64,000 nt of DNA from Eledone cirrhosa. Lineage: Eukaryota. Position 1 is the first letter of the stretch; every line of letters begins with the position of its first letter. Of this stretch, positions 38,201 to 51,339 are shown piece by piece. The position numbers and the translations under genes are program-made. The stretch is from positions 58,528,001 through 58,592,000 of the forward strand of contig OZ024740.1 of NCBI GenBank assembly GCA_964016885.1, read 5' to 3'. The notes beneath the pieces are model-generated. The model did not search any database. It worked only from the letters and a program-made list of their open reading frames with translations, and was not told where the DNA came from.

Positions 38201-38750
38201 GAGATACCAGAGTGTCATGTTTGTGGATGCTACCCCTGGAGGGAAATTAGCTAACCAGTGTAGAAAGGCCCTGAGAAAGACCCACTTAAAGATTAAGGTG
38301 GTAGAAAACCCAGGAACCACCATAAAATCCCTGATCAGCAAAACCTACCCTTTTAAGAAAACCCACTGTACTAATAGGAAATGTATCATATGTAAGGTAA
38401 ACCCCCGGATAAACTGTAAAACTAGAAACGTAGTCTATAGCATAAGATGTACAGAGGGTACTTGCAGAAACATGACAACAACATGCATAGGTGAAAGGAT
38501 AGACCAACACTGGAGGCAACTAAAAGGACGAAAAAACGGGTCAGTACTATACGAACATGCCAGACAACAACACGACGGTAACATAGACAACATAGAAATT
38601 AGAATAATATCGAAACATAGAAATGACCCAGCAGATAGGCAAATCAGAGAGGCCAGTGAAATAGAACTTAGATGGCCTAGACTAAACAGAAAGAATGAAT
38701 GGAATAACAACAACACCCAAACAAACAACACTGACCTAAGAGAAGTATAA
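35238..38750 (+). pseudogene. PLE polyprotein (N-terminus with Asn-rich insert, RT, Cys-rich linker, GIY-YIG), frameshifted
   Basis: PTDKS, SMDVVSLYPSI, GAAIG, YSRYVDD, CxxxxCxxC..C, VVYSIRC..IGE..R..QH in ORFs 35394-36467, 36619-38172 and 38217-38750. Confidence 0.9.
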
Positions 38751-39220
38751 ATAAATAAATAAATAAGTAAATACAGACACAAGCACAATAACAACAAACA
38801 CATATAAACACACACTAGTCACCCAATCACGAACACACATCAAACAAAACACTATACACACACACAAACGCATGCGCAAAGAAGACAAAATAAAATAAAC
38901 AAACAAACAAATAAATATATAAACAGACTAAATAAAGATGCCGTAGAAATACAATGCAACGGCAGGAATCTATAGCACCACTGATGATGTTGCAGATGTG
39001 CAACGAAAGAACTATGATAAATTATATATATGTGTTTGTGTCTATATTGTATCTGTATTATTTTTGACCGTCGGTCAGTCAATGGCAACATTGAGGACCG
39101 AATAAATTAGATTACCGATATAAAGAACACAGAAGCGAAAACCAACCAAACAGTGAGTGTGTTTTGTTATTAATTCTGGCAATATTACACAAATATGACC
39201 CTCCCCAAGTATAACTATAC

Positions 39221-40110
39221 TGGGAAGAGATATATTAGATATGTCTCATTTGAAATAATACAGCCAATTTTCCACGCAATACTTTTAGTTAGCACCCCGA
39301 ACACATAATTGGGAATATAATCACTTATTTCCTAATGTTTGTTGAGTGAGTTGGAATTTGGCCGGAGTATTGCTAAAAAGCTTTCTCCGATATTGTATTT
39401 ATTTACTTACTCTTGGCGCAGCAGATTTGAAAAGAATTCCCGATATAAGGTTAGCATTTCTTTGTTTATTTTATATATATGAATATTGATTGTTCCTTAT
39501 ATCTCATTCTGTTATTTTGCCCGAGAAAATATCTGTGTGTGTCATCAAATGTTGTACACACATAGACATTTTTTGAATTTCCAATTGAGTTCTTAGCACG
39601 TGGCCTGAATTCCTTTCAGAGTTCATTGTCACGCGCATGTATTGTTTTTTTTTGGCGGTATTCACTTCCTCATTTTTTGAATCAGTTCGAGCACTTCTTT
39701 CAGAACTGCTGGACTGGCTACCTAACAGATACCTCAGGCACAGAAAGTGATTATCGCTAAATGCTGATGTTGGTTAGATTATCAATATTAGTATTATTGG
39801 GGCACCCACTGATGAATTATAGGAGCCCACTTGAATATATATCTATTGATGGTATACAAGCTCCTACATAAATTGGTATAATTTCACCCAAATTGTAGGA
39901 GTCCTATAATGAAACGAGACGTCCGTCTGGGAAGAGATATATTCGATATGTCTCATTTGAAATAATACAGCCAATTTTCCACGCAATACTTTTAGTTAGC
40001 ACCCCGAACACATAATTGGGAATATAATCACTTATTTCCTAATGTTTGTTGAGTGAGTTGGAATTTGGCCGGAGTATCGCTAAAAAGCTTTCTCCGATAT
40101 TGTATTTATT
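39221..40110 (+). mobile_element. Retrozyme-like non-coding element: 707-nt monomer + 183-bp terminal direct repeat
   Basis: 39221-39403 matches 39928-40110 with 2 substitutions; the repeat begins at the HHR cleavage site. Confidence 0.8.
39805..39931 (+). ncRNA. Type I hammerhead ribozyme with branched stem II
   Basis: Stem I CCCA/TGGG, CTGATGA at 39809, stem II ATTATAGGA/TCCTATAAT, GAAA at 39911, stem III ACG/CGT with GACGTC palindromic loop, GUC cleavage after 39927. Confidence 0.85.
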
Positions 40111-40139
40111 ATATATATTATATATATATATATATATTA

Positions 40140-43100
40140 TATCATCATCATCATCATCATCAACGTTTAACGTCCGTGTTCCACGCTTGCATGGGTTTGG
40201 ACGGGGGTATTCCCACTTGAGGCAAGAGTGATTGTCTTGCTCGCATAGGACTGTCTGGCAGGTTTTCTACAGTTGGATGCCCTTCCTAACACCAATCACA
40301 TTTACAGTGTGGGACTGGGAGGTTTTTACCGTGTTGCCTACACGGCCACATTACAGCGTGGACTGTGTGTTTTTTTGTCGTGACACCTACACGATCTCAT
40401 TTGTTTCGGCCTGGATGTTGTGGCACCAACATAACTTTACATAGGAGGGGGTGGTGTGGATGGGGGTGTGGGTGGTGGGACGGGGGTGTATTTTGTTAGA
40501 GATGCCTACTGGCTGTAGTAGGTTTTACTATGTATTTAGGTAAGGCGGGTCTTCTCTATTACTGAGTACCGCCAAAGGTCTCGGTCCAGTGACATTGTCT
40601 TGGAGAGGTGTAAGTGTGTGAGGTCGGAGTTTATCAGCTCGTCCCAGGATTTTCTAGGTCTGCCTATTCCGTGGCTACCGTCTATCTTTATTGCCCTGCA
40701 CTTTGTTATACAGCTATCGACTTTCATGCGCATCACGTGTCCGTACAAATGTAGCCTTCTCTCGAGTAAACAACATCTGATCCCTCTTATTTCTAATTTT
40801 TTCCTTAGTTCGTTTATGCTTTGCCGTTCACGTATATTACTATTACACATCCAGCGGAGCATGCAAGCTTCGTTCCTCTCTAGTCTGCGTATATCCTCTG
40901 CGCACAATGCCCAGGTCTCACTGCCATGCAACATTGCTGTTCGTATGCAGGCATCATACAACCTGCCTTTCATTTTTAGGGAGAACCCTTTAGCGGCTAA
41001 TAGTGGTATAAGCTCTCTGAACTTTTTCCATCCAGTTCTGACTCTAGCTACTGTACTTTCGGAGCACCCTCCCCCACTGCTGATTTTGTCACCCAGGTAA
41101 CGGAAGCTGTCCACTATTTCTATAGAGCCCTCTGCGCAATTGAAAGAGTTAGTATTTTGTGGGCACTCGCTGCTACTTATTGCACCAGAGCACTGCCCAC
41201 ATGTAAAATCTAAGTTCTTAGTTAGCTTACCTGTGATCCCACTACATCTTTTGTGCACCCATACTTTGCATTTGGGACATAAAATGGAGTTTCTACCTAC
41301 GCCTTTCCTACACACTGAGCATGGCCATTTCCCGGAAGGGACCGCCGCCTTATTTTCTTTCCTACAAACTAGAACTTTAGTCTTAGCCAGGTTAATTTTA
41401 AGGCCTTTTGATTCTAGGCCGTGCTTCCATGTTTGGAATTTCTTCTCTAGCTCGGCCATTGATTCAGCTATGAGTGTCAAGTCGTCTGCGTATAGGAGTT
41501 CCCATGGGCAGCCGGTCTTGAACTCCTCTGTTATAGCCTGAAGGGCAATAATAAATAGTAGGGGGCTGAGAACAGAGCCCTGATGGATGCCAACTTTTAC
41601 GCTAAACTCTTCACTATATTCGTTGTTAATTCTAACCTTGCTGACTGTTTCTTTATACATGGCTTGTATAGCTCTCACAAGCCGTTCGTCGACACCTAGT
41701 TTTCTAAGGGCCCACCAGATAATGGAACGGGGGACTCTGTCGAAGGCTTTCACCAAGTCGACAAAAGCTAAGTAGAGGGGTTTACCTTTAGCTAGGTACT
41801 TCTCCTGTAGTTGACGTACAATGAAAAGAGCGTCTGTGGTACTTTTGCCTGACACAAACCCGAGCTGCATTTCATCTAGGTCAATTCTCTCTCTGATTAG
41901 TTGCGCTATTACTTTTTCTGTGACCTTCATGACCTGGTCGATTAGTTTAATGCCTCTATAGTTACTCCTATCTAGGGCATCTCCTTTACCCTTATAACAG
42001 TTAACGATGATGCTGCTATGCCAGTCCTTTGGAACAACCCCATTCTGTACGACTTGGTTAACTATCCGGGTGACCAAGGTGTGTCCCACCGAGCCAGATG
42101 CCTTCAGCATCTCAGCAACTATTTCCGAAGGCCCAGCCGACTTACCTGTTTTCATATCCTTGATTGCCTTACTCATTATACTACCCTCGACTAACACTGC
42201 TGGTCCCTCTATTGGGTCGATGTGGGGGAGACTGTCTTTCTCCCATTTATTCTCCTCATTTAGTAGCCTTTCATAGTGGCACTTCCAAGCTACCTTCTTA
42301 TCAGCGTCGGTGATGGCAAGTACGCCGTCATCATTAAGTACACACTTCTCCCCGACAATATCACGGTTTTCCTTGACACATTGCCTAGCAATCCTGAACA
42401 CCTCACGTTTTTGGTCCTCGCGTTGTAGAACATGCTTGAACTTTCTTTCCTCTGCTTCCCTTCTTGCAAAGTACACTTGTCTCCTAGCCTCCCTCCTGGC
42501 CACTTGATAGTCTTCTCTACTTCCCCCATCCCGCCATACTTCCCAAGCCTGCTTGTTGGCCTTAATTGACCCCTCCACTCTACTGTTCCACCACCATGTT
42601 ACTCTCCTCCTGCCTACAGGCCTGCTCCAGCCACAGACTTCGTCTGTCGCCATCAGCAGGTTTGCTTTCAGAAATTCCCACTGTCCCTCTATATTGTCCG
42701 ACTCTAAATGCTCTTCCTTACTGTCGAAAGCATCAAGTAATATGCTTTGAAATTTATTTCTGGCTGTGGGGTCCTTTAGCTTCCATATTTTTCTCCTGAG
42801 GATAGTCCTCTTCTGCTGTCGAGTACGTCTCGTCCTGACTATGAGGTCGCTAATTATCAGTCTATGTTGGGAGGTGCATTCTTCATGGGGGAGGGTTTTA
42901 GTGTTTACAACAGACACTCTGTCACGTCTTCTGGTAAGGATATAATCTACCTGGCTTGTGTGTTCCCCGGATCTATAGTTGATCAGGTGATTGTCACGTT
43001 TTTTGAAGTTAGTGTTACAGATAGTTAGGTTATTTGCGTCACAGAATTCCAGGATTCTGGAGCCTTCCTCATTTCTAGTACCAAACCCATAGCCTCCATG

Positions 43101-43260
43101 GATTTCGTCGTAGCCGTCACAATGTTGTCCAACGTGACGATTTAGGTCGCCTGCGATAATTATATAGTCACTGTCGGTTATTTGGGAGGTAGTGAGCATC
43201 AGTGTCTCATAGAATCTGTCTTTTATAGTGCCGGGCAGTCCGGATTGGGGTGCGTACGCA
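40140..43260 (-). mobile_element. 5'-truncated RTE LINE family B (887-aa open ORF 40536-43199)
   Basis: Partial APE, RT (YADD), PHD finger, 3' UTR and GAT tail; several catalytic-motif substitutions (QLGF, DLVKAFD). Confidence 0.93.
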
Positions 43261-43278
43261 TATATATATATATAAATA

Positions 43279-43311
<33 letters not shown>

Positions 43312-43696
43312 CAAATATCTATATTATATTTATATATATATATATAATATATAAATATTCGCTTAAAACTGAGGACTCACTTTGTCACTCCCAAACTTTC
43401 ATATTTTGCCCAATCTGATCTTTTATTATCTTCTAAAAGTGAGAAATTCTAAACAGCAAGACAATGAATTATTAGCTTTATTTGTTTGTTTGTATGTATC
43501 TACGTATGTATGTATGTATGTATGTATGTATGTATGTATGTATGTATATATGTATGTATGTATGTATGTATATCTGCATATATATATATATATATATGTA
43601 TATACACATATATACATATATATAATATGTACACACATATATATACATATATATGTGTATATACATATATATATGTGTATATACATATATATGCAT

Positions 43697-44505
43697 CTCT
43701 GGTGGAATAAGTAGCAGCAAGTGCCCACCGAATACTAGCTCATTCCATTGCACAGATGGTTCTATAGAAATAGTGGACACCTTCCGTTACCTGGGTGACA
43801 AAACCAGCAGTGGGGGAGGGTGCTCTGAAAGTACAGTAGTTAGAGTCAGAATGGGATGGAAAAAGTTCAGAGAGCTTATACCACTATTGGCCGCTAAAGG
43901 GTTCTCTCTAAAAATGAAAGGCAGGCTGTATGATGCCTGCATACGAACAGTAATCTTACATGGCAGTGAGACCTGGGCATTGTGTGCAGAGGATATATGC
44001 AGACTGGAGAGAAACGATGCTTGCATGCTCCGCTGGATGTGTAATAGTAATATACGTGAACGGCAAAGCATAAACGAACTAAGGGAGAAATTAGGAATAA
44101 GAGGGATCAGATGTTGTTTACTCGAGAGAAGGCTACGTTGGTATGGTCACGTGATGCGCATGAAAGACGACAGCTGTATAAAAATGTGCATGCCGATAAA
44201 AATAGACGGTAGCCACGGAGTAGGCAGACCCAGGAAAACCTGGGATGGCTTGATAAATTCCGACCTCACACACTTACACCTCTCCAAGACAATGTCACTG
44301 GACCGAGATCTTTGGCGCTACACAGTAATACAAAATGCCCGCCTTGCCTAAGTACAAAGCGAAACCTACAGTCAGTAGGCACCTCTAACAAAATACACCC
44401 CTGTCCCACTACCCCCACCCCATTAAATGTGAAGTTATGTTGGTATCACAACATCCAGTCCGAAACAAATGAGGTCATGTAGGTGTCACGACAAAAAAAA
44501 CACAC
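43697..44505 (+). mobile_element. RTE family B fragment with 3' UTR cut off by the next insert
   Basis: ORF to 44351 is homologous to the RTE C-terminus. Confidence 0.9.
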
Positions 44506-45055
44506 TAAGGGAGTATATACTTTCCTTATGCATATTAACGGCTGAGAAGCCTAATTTGCATATCGAGCGAGTTAGTCGGCCGGGCGTACCGAATACGATA
44601 AATGGAAAAAATGAAATTTCATTTCTCACTCTTACTACGGCTGATACTTAAACATAAGCATTATACATACATACATATATGTATACAGACGTACAGTAGT
44701 ATGTATATACATACATGCACACATATATATATGTACGTATGGGTACAAAAAAGCCGTTGAAAAAAGTGAAATTTCATTTCTCACTCATTTTTTTCCATTT
44801 ATCGTTTTCGGTACGCCCGGCCGACTAACTCACTCGATATGCAAATTAGGCTGCTCAGCCATTAATATGCATAAGGAAAGCATATACTTTCAAACATTCA
44901 ATCGACTGACAGGAAGGTATACGGTGCTGATGACAGCTAATAAGCTAGAAACTAGTTCATTGTTCCTTTGTCAGTGTTGAACAAAAGGGCAACGATGGTT
45001 GCCGAACACTGTACGGCTAAAAATTCGGGCTGTTTGTTTACAAACAAACCGAGCA
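44506..45055 (+). mobile_element. Non-coding insert with ~100-bp inverted repeats and HHR-like motif (PLE pLTR-type)
   Basis: 44511-44613 vs 44785-44888 inverted; GGTG-CTGATGA..AGCT/AGCT..GAAACTAGTT-CATT at 44923-44961. Confidence 0.6.
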
Positions 45056-45923
45056 AAGTCAGAACGGGATGGAAAAAGTTCAGAGAGCTTATACCACTAT
45101 TGGCTCTCTAAAAATGAAAGGCAGGCTGTATGATGCCTGCATACGAACAGCAATGTTACATGGCAGTGAGACTTGGACATTGTGTGCAGAGGATATATGC
45201 AGACTGGAGAGGAACGAAGCTTGCATGCTCCGTTGGATGTGTAATAGTAATATACGTGAACGGCAAAGCATAAATGAACTAAGAGAGAAATTAGGCATAA
45301 GAGGGATCAGATGCTGTTTACTTGAGATTAGACTATGTTAGTATGGTCACGTGATGCGCATGAAAGACGACAGCTGCATAGGCTGTAGGGCGATCGAAAT
45401 TGATGGTAGTTACGGAGTAGGTAGACCCAGAAAAACCTGGGATGATCTGATAAATTCCGACCTCACACACTTACATCTCTCTAAGACAATGTCTCTTGAC
45501 CGAGACCTTTGGCGCTACGCAGTAATACAGAAGACCCCCCTTGCCTATGTGCAAAGCAAAACTTACACTCAGTAGGCACCTCTTGACCAAATATACACCC
45601 CAATTCACTACCCCTACCCTATCTTCCCACTCCCACCAACAGCACGAGAAAATTAGATCGAGATCGTGTAGGTGTCACGACAAAAAACACACAGTCCACG
45701 CTGTAATGTGGCCATGTAGGTAACACGGTAAAAAGTTCCCAGTTCCACACTGTAAATGTGGTTGGTGTTAGGAAGAGCATCCAGCCGTAGAAAACCTGCC
45801 AGATAGTCTTATATGAGCGAGACACGGTCACCCGACCAGCCTTGCCTCAAGCGGGACAACTCCCGTCTAAACCATGCTAGTGTGGAAAATGGACGTTAAA
45901 CGAAGATGATGATGATGATGATG
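45056..45923 (+). mobile_element. 5'-truncated, decayed RTE family B copy
   Basis: ORF fragments 45069-45341 and 45351-45575; GAT tail. Confidence 0.9.
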
Positions 45924-48902
45924 TTTCCTTTACCGGTTTCGCAGTTCTTCTGCTTTTCAAAAGTAAAGTTGAGATGGAGGGTCTGTGGTTTTTCTCATAT
46001 ATATATATATATATATAATATATATATTTATATATATTATATATATATATAACTATATTCTGAATTTGTTTTTCTCATGATTCTTAAATTTTTAAAGTCC
46101 TGTAACACAACAAACCACATTATCAAGATATTCTTGGATAGTGCAAACAGCACTGTATTATAATAAAAATTAAACTTTTATTCAGTTGTGTGTGTGTATG
46201 GTACAGAGTTTGTGATGTGCGACACAAGGTGGTACTATTGTGTGCATACAATTTGCTGATTTAGAGGGTCAGAAGCCATTGAAATAACAGTAGAAGGAAC
46301 AGCACATCAATGGATTAGTTGTTGTAGATTCTTGATGAGTTAATCTTTTCCAATCAACTGGATGTCTATTTTTGTTTGGCTGTAGTCTCAGATCAGTGTT
46401 TAGCATATACTGTTCTAATGAAAGGGAAGCATTACACTAATATAGGTTTTACTTAGAGTTGTAGAAAGTCATCAACTAGCTAAAGATGACATAGAAAAGA
46501 AACGTTTCTTTTAGCATGTAGACAGTAAAACAATCTATCTAATGTGTACCACAATAAAATCTACTCTGTATACTCTGTAAAATGGTTGGCAATTGAACAG
46601 GGGCCTTTTAGAGTGGATTCTAACTTTATTGAAGACTTGAAAGCCTCTCTAGTGTTGGTACCATCACAAAATGTACCTTAGTACACTGTTAAGTGTTTAG
46701 CATTAGGGTGTCCATCTGTAGAAATCATACCAGAATTGGAACATACATCTTAGACATGGTCCTCCAGTCTTTCTAGAGCAGTAGTAACTCTGAATAACAA
46801 TTGACTTAGACTGTAACAACCTGTCCAACCCATGCAAGCAGAAAACGATGATGAGGAGGAAGAGGAAGTCTGTTCTTTGGTTGCATATTTATAGATGTGT
46901 AACCATGGAAGATCATCAGAAATTGTAAGACCTTTTAAGCAAAATAAGCATGTGTTTAGAGCCTCGAATAAAGTGAGGACTCCATAGAGTTTTTTCCATA
47001 TGCAATATACAAAGGTACTATAATTCTGTCAGTGCTGAAGGCCTTGAATGATTTTAATCTGGCTCTGCTTAGCATTTGTAAAAATTTGAGGTTTGTTGTT
47101 GTTGTTTAATCCAATTCTGATTAAGCAAATCTATGATCAAAGTTATTCTAGCTATGATCATCTCATTATTTTAAAAGTGTGTTGGACTACATTATCTTAT
47201 GTATAGTTTCTTTTCCCAAGTTTGTAGGGTACAATTTGAGAAAGACTTGGCTGCTATTTCTTGTGGATTGAGCAATCATCTAGATTCTCTCTTGATATCA
47301 ATGCTCCAGCTATTAGCTGCTTCCTTCTTCAAGAATATTTACTGCGCTGGTCAAAGAAGAGTGACACACCACCACCAATCCAAGAACAGAATTCCCTTGC
47401 AGCCACTGGCCAGGCCTGTCTGGCCAATACTATTTTCCTTTATATGTGTAATGAATATATCTTGGTGCTGTTGAAGGAAAGTCAGTTGGCATTTTCCCTT
47501 AGAATGATGTTTCCAAGGTATATGCATGTCTGGTGTAAGATGTCTCAGATGATTGTGAATTATGCTAATATGTGGAACATTAACAGATAGTATTGGGTAG
47601 CATCACTTGTATGGCAATGTGTGTATATGTGTTTAGTTAAAAGGAAAATAGGGACATTAATCTTTTCATGACCATATTTCTAATGAAATACATTATATTT
47701 AAATAAATTAATGAAGGAATTATTAATTTATTCAATTTCTAAGGTGATATTTGTAACATAATTTAACAAAATGTTCTGTCAAATTATGTAGGAAGGGTGT
47801 AATATAAACTAGAAGTTTTTATAATGGGTGGTTATATTTCATATAACCAAAAGCAGTTTTGGGCTGGTTGTTATGAAAAGGGTTAATGTACAAACAGAAG
47901 AGTATAGTTGATGTAATCTAACTCTGAAACAAATCAGAATGTATGGAACTTGATTGGAAAGTGTATCTTAAACACTTACCACAGTGGAGCAGTCTGGCAA
48001 GAAACTTCTGATATATATGAGAGAACAGACATCTTTGCTAGGAACTTCTTATATCAGACATTATGATATTAAATTCTCAAGAACGACAGACCACTAGTAC
48101 ATGATTTAAGAGAGCAAATATCTGGTTGATCCAGCTCCATAGAAACTCTCTTGATTGTGGTTGAGTAGGAATAAAGGTGGCAATAAAGATTTATTTTCAT
48201 GAATCTAACATAATCTATTTCTTGATTTTACCAGAACTTCTATTAAGGATGGAACATAAATGTAAAATGTGAGTGTAATATTTTTAAAACAGCATTGAAA
48301 GGGAATTATTAAGGAAATATATATTCAAGATTATTGATTAAGAAAATACTTTCAAGCTATAAAAATCGGATGTCAATAATTACTTCAACTGTATCACAGA
48401 TTATTTGGATAACTGTGCTCTCATATGCTAACTGGTCAAAATGCAAACAGAATCAACCCATAAAGCATAGATTACATGTAAAATCGTACATGTAATCAAA
48501 CAAAAGGGAAAATACATAAAATCTATTTTTAAATGTTGCACTAAAAGCTTTTTTTGTGAAATAAATAATATAAATAATCTTACAAGATTGTTTAGCTGGT
48601 AAAATAAACATAAATATCCAATTTATTTCATGTTATCAACAAGAATATCAAAAAGTCCTGACTGAGAGTGAGTGCTAGTGTTTCTTTATGACTTTGAAAA
48701 ATAATGTTTTTATCTCCATTAAAACGGTCAAGAGGCCTCTTTGATTGTGTCCAGGCTGTAATAACCTCCCTAGTGTTTGTGATCTGGATGATAAACTAAC
48801 TCAGTACAGTCTGTAAAGTGGTTGATAATAGGAAGGACATCCAACTATAGAAAATCTGCCAAACAAAGGGTCAGGAGGATTTTTCAGTTGTGCTATAGAT
48901 AT

Positions 48903-49347
48903 TTAGCAGCGAGTTATATTTAGAGAGTGTTGTAATGTTGCCACGAGGAACCAGGTTTGGTAGAAAGATATGATAGGAATATCGACAACGACTTTAGCTT
49001 GTTTTTACATTATTTATTAACAGAGGTTGAGCTGGCATGCCAAGAGAAATAAAATAAATCAATTAAGATTACAAGAGAAAATACGGTCGACTGGCTGAGG
49101 CGTTTGGCCAGGTCCGTAGTAAAATTGTTGTGTCGTTACATATTGTTTGTGCTTACGGAGCAAAAGAACAAGTGGTGTTTACCTTAGCATGGTCAAGCTG
49201 CAAGTCTCAGATTTCTCAAATCTTCGCGGGCTATTTCTCCCTCAGAACGCGTAGCGATACATTCTCTTCCCCTGGCGCTGATTGGCTGAGCTGAGCCAAA
49301 TCACGCACAGAGAATGTATGTGAGCCCGCGGAATGTAGGTCACTACA
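48903..49347 (-). mobile_element. Solo-LTR-like insertion with 5-bp TSD
   Basis: TGTAATG (48931) ... CACTACA (49347) termini; GATAT at 48898-48902 and 49348-49352; interrupts an old RTE-tail remnant. Confidence 0.6.
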
Positions 49348-49496
49348 GATATGACAACCTCCATAGTGCTGGTGTCATGATAAAATGTACTGGGTAGAGT
49401 GTAGGATCACATGTTGGGCCCACATGGCCCACCTGGACATTAGTGGTTCTGCTTGAGTATTGACTGGTCTTGATTACACATTAAACCCTTGTTAGC

Positions 49497-51170
49497 GACA
49501 CAACAAAAAGTACCCAGCCTGCACTGTAAAGTGGTAGTGTGTAGGTGTCATGACAAAAAGTACCCAGCCTGCACTGTAAAGTGGTAGTGTGTAGGTGTCA
49601 CAACAAAAAGTACCCAGCCTGCACTGTAAAGTGGTAGTGTGTAGGTGTCACAACAAAAAGTACCCAGCCTGCACTGTAAAGTGGTAGTGTGTAGGTGTCA
49701 CAACAAAAAGTACCCAGCCTGCACTGTAAAGTGGTAGTGTGTAGGTGTCACAACAAAAAGTACCCAGCCTGCACTGTAAAGTGGTAGTGTGTAGATGTCA
49801 CAACAAAAAGTACCCAGCCTGCACTGTAAAGTGGTAGTGTGTAGGTGTCACAACAAAAAGTACCCAGCCTGCACTGTAAAGTGGTAGTGTGTAGGTGTCA
49901 CAACAAAAAGTACCCAGCCTGCACTGTAAAGTGGTAGTGTGTAGGTGTCACAACAAAAAGTACCCAGCCTGCACTGTAAAGTGGTAGTGTGTAGGTGTCA
50001 CAACAAAAAGTACCCAGCCTGCACTGTAAAGTGGTAGTGTGTAGGTGTCACAACAAAAAGTACCCAGCCTGCACTGTAAAGTGGTAGTGTGTAGGTGTCA
50101 CAACAAAAAGCACCCAGCCTGCACTGTAACGTGGTAGTGTGTAGGTGTCACAACAAAAAGTACCCAGCCTGCACTGTAAAGTGGTAGTGTGTAGGTGTCA
50201 TGACAAAAAGTACCCAGCCTGCACTGTAAAGTGGTAGTGTGTAGGTGTCACAACAAAAAGTACCCAGCCTGCACTGTAAAGTGGTAGTGTGTAGGTGTCA
50301 CAACAAAAAGTACCCAGCCTGCACTGTAAAGTGGTAGTGTGTAGGTGTCACAACAAAAAGTACCCAGCCTGCACTGTAAAGTGGTAGTGTGTAGGTGTCA
50401 CAACAAAAAGCACCCAGCCTGCACTGTAAAGTGGTAGTGTGTAGGTGTCATGATAAAAAGTACCCAGCCTGCACTGTAAAGTGGTAGTGTGTAGGTGTCA
50501 TGACAAAAAGTACCCAGCCTGCACTGTAAAGTGGTAGTGTGTAGGTGTCATGACAAAAAGCACCCAGCCTGCACTGTAAAGTGGTAGTGTGTAGGTGTCA
50601 TGACAAAAAGTACCCAGCCTGCACTGTAAAGTGGTAGTGTGTAGGTGTCATGACAAAAAGTACCCAGCCTGCACTGTAAAGTGGTAGTGTGTAGGTGTCA
50701 TGACAAAAAGTACCCAGCCTGCACTGTAACGTGGTAGTGTGTAGGTGTCACAACAAAAAGCACCCAGCCTGCACTGTAAAGTGGTAGTGTGTAGGTGTCA
50801 TGACAAAAAGTACCCAGCCTGCACTGTAAAGTGGTAGTGTGTAGGTGTCATGACAAAAAGTACCCAGCCTGCACTGTAAAGTGGTAGTGTGTAGGTGTCA
50901 TGACAAAAAGTACCCAGCCTGCACTGTAAAGTGGTAGTGTGTAGGTGTCATGACAAAAAGTACCCAGCCTGCACTGTAAAGTGGTAGTGTGTAGGTGTCA
51001 TGACAAAAAGCACCCAGCCTGCACTGTAAAGTGGTAGTGTGTAGGTGCCATGACAAAAAGTACCCAGCCTGCACTGTAAAGTGGTAGTGTGTAGGTGTCA
51101 CAACAAAAAGCACCCAGCCTGCACTGTAAAGTGGTAGTGTGTAGGTGTCATGACAAAAAGTACCCAGCAC
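49497..51170 (+). repeat. 50-bp tandem satellite, ~33 copies, derived from RTE 3' UTR
   Basis: Unit (CAAC/TGAC)AAAAAGTACCCAGCCTGCACTGTAAAGTGGTAGTGTGTAGGTGTCA with exact 50-bp period. Confidence 0.97.
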
Positions 51171-51339
51171 ACACTGTAAATGTGATAGGCGTTAGGAAGG
51201 GCATTCAGCCATAGAAATCAAGCCAGAAACAGTTTTGTGTGAGCAAGACACGGTCACCTGACCCAACTTGCCTCAAATGGGGACAACCTGTCTAGTTCAT
51301 GCTAGTGTTGAAAAATGGACGTTAAACGATGATGATGAT
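51171..51339 (+). mobile_element. RTE 3' UTR terminus with GAT tail, contiguous with the satellite
   Basis: TTAGGAAGGGCATTCAGCC..GGACGTTAAACGATGATGATG. Confidence 0.88.

Noticed and set aside
49497-51170. CRISPR-like regular array
   Set aside because: Units are contiguous with no unique spacers, there are no cas genes, the context is eukaryotic, and the unit derives from a LINE UTR.
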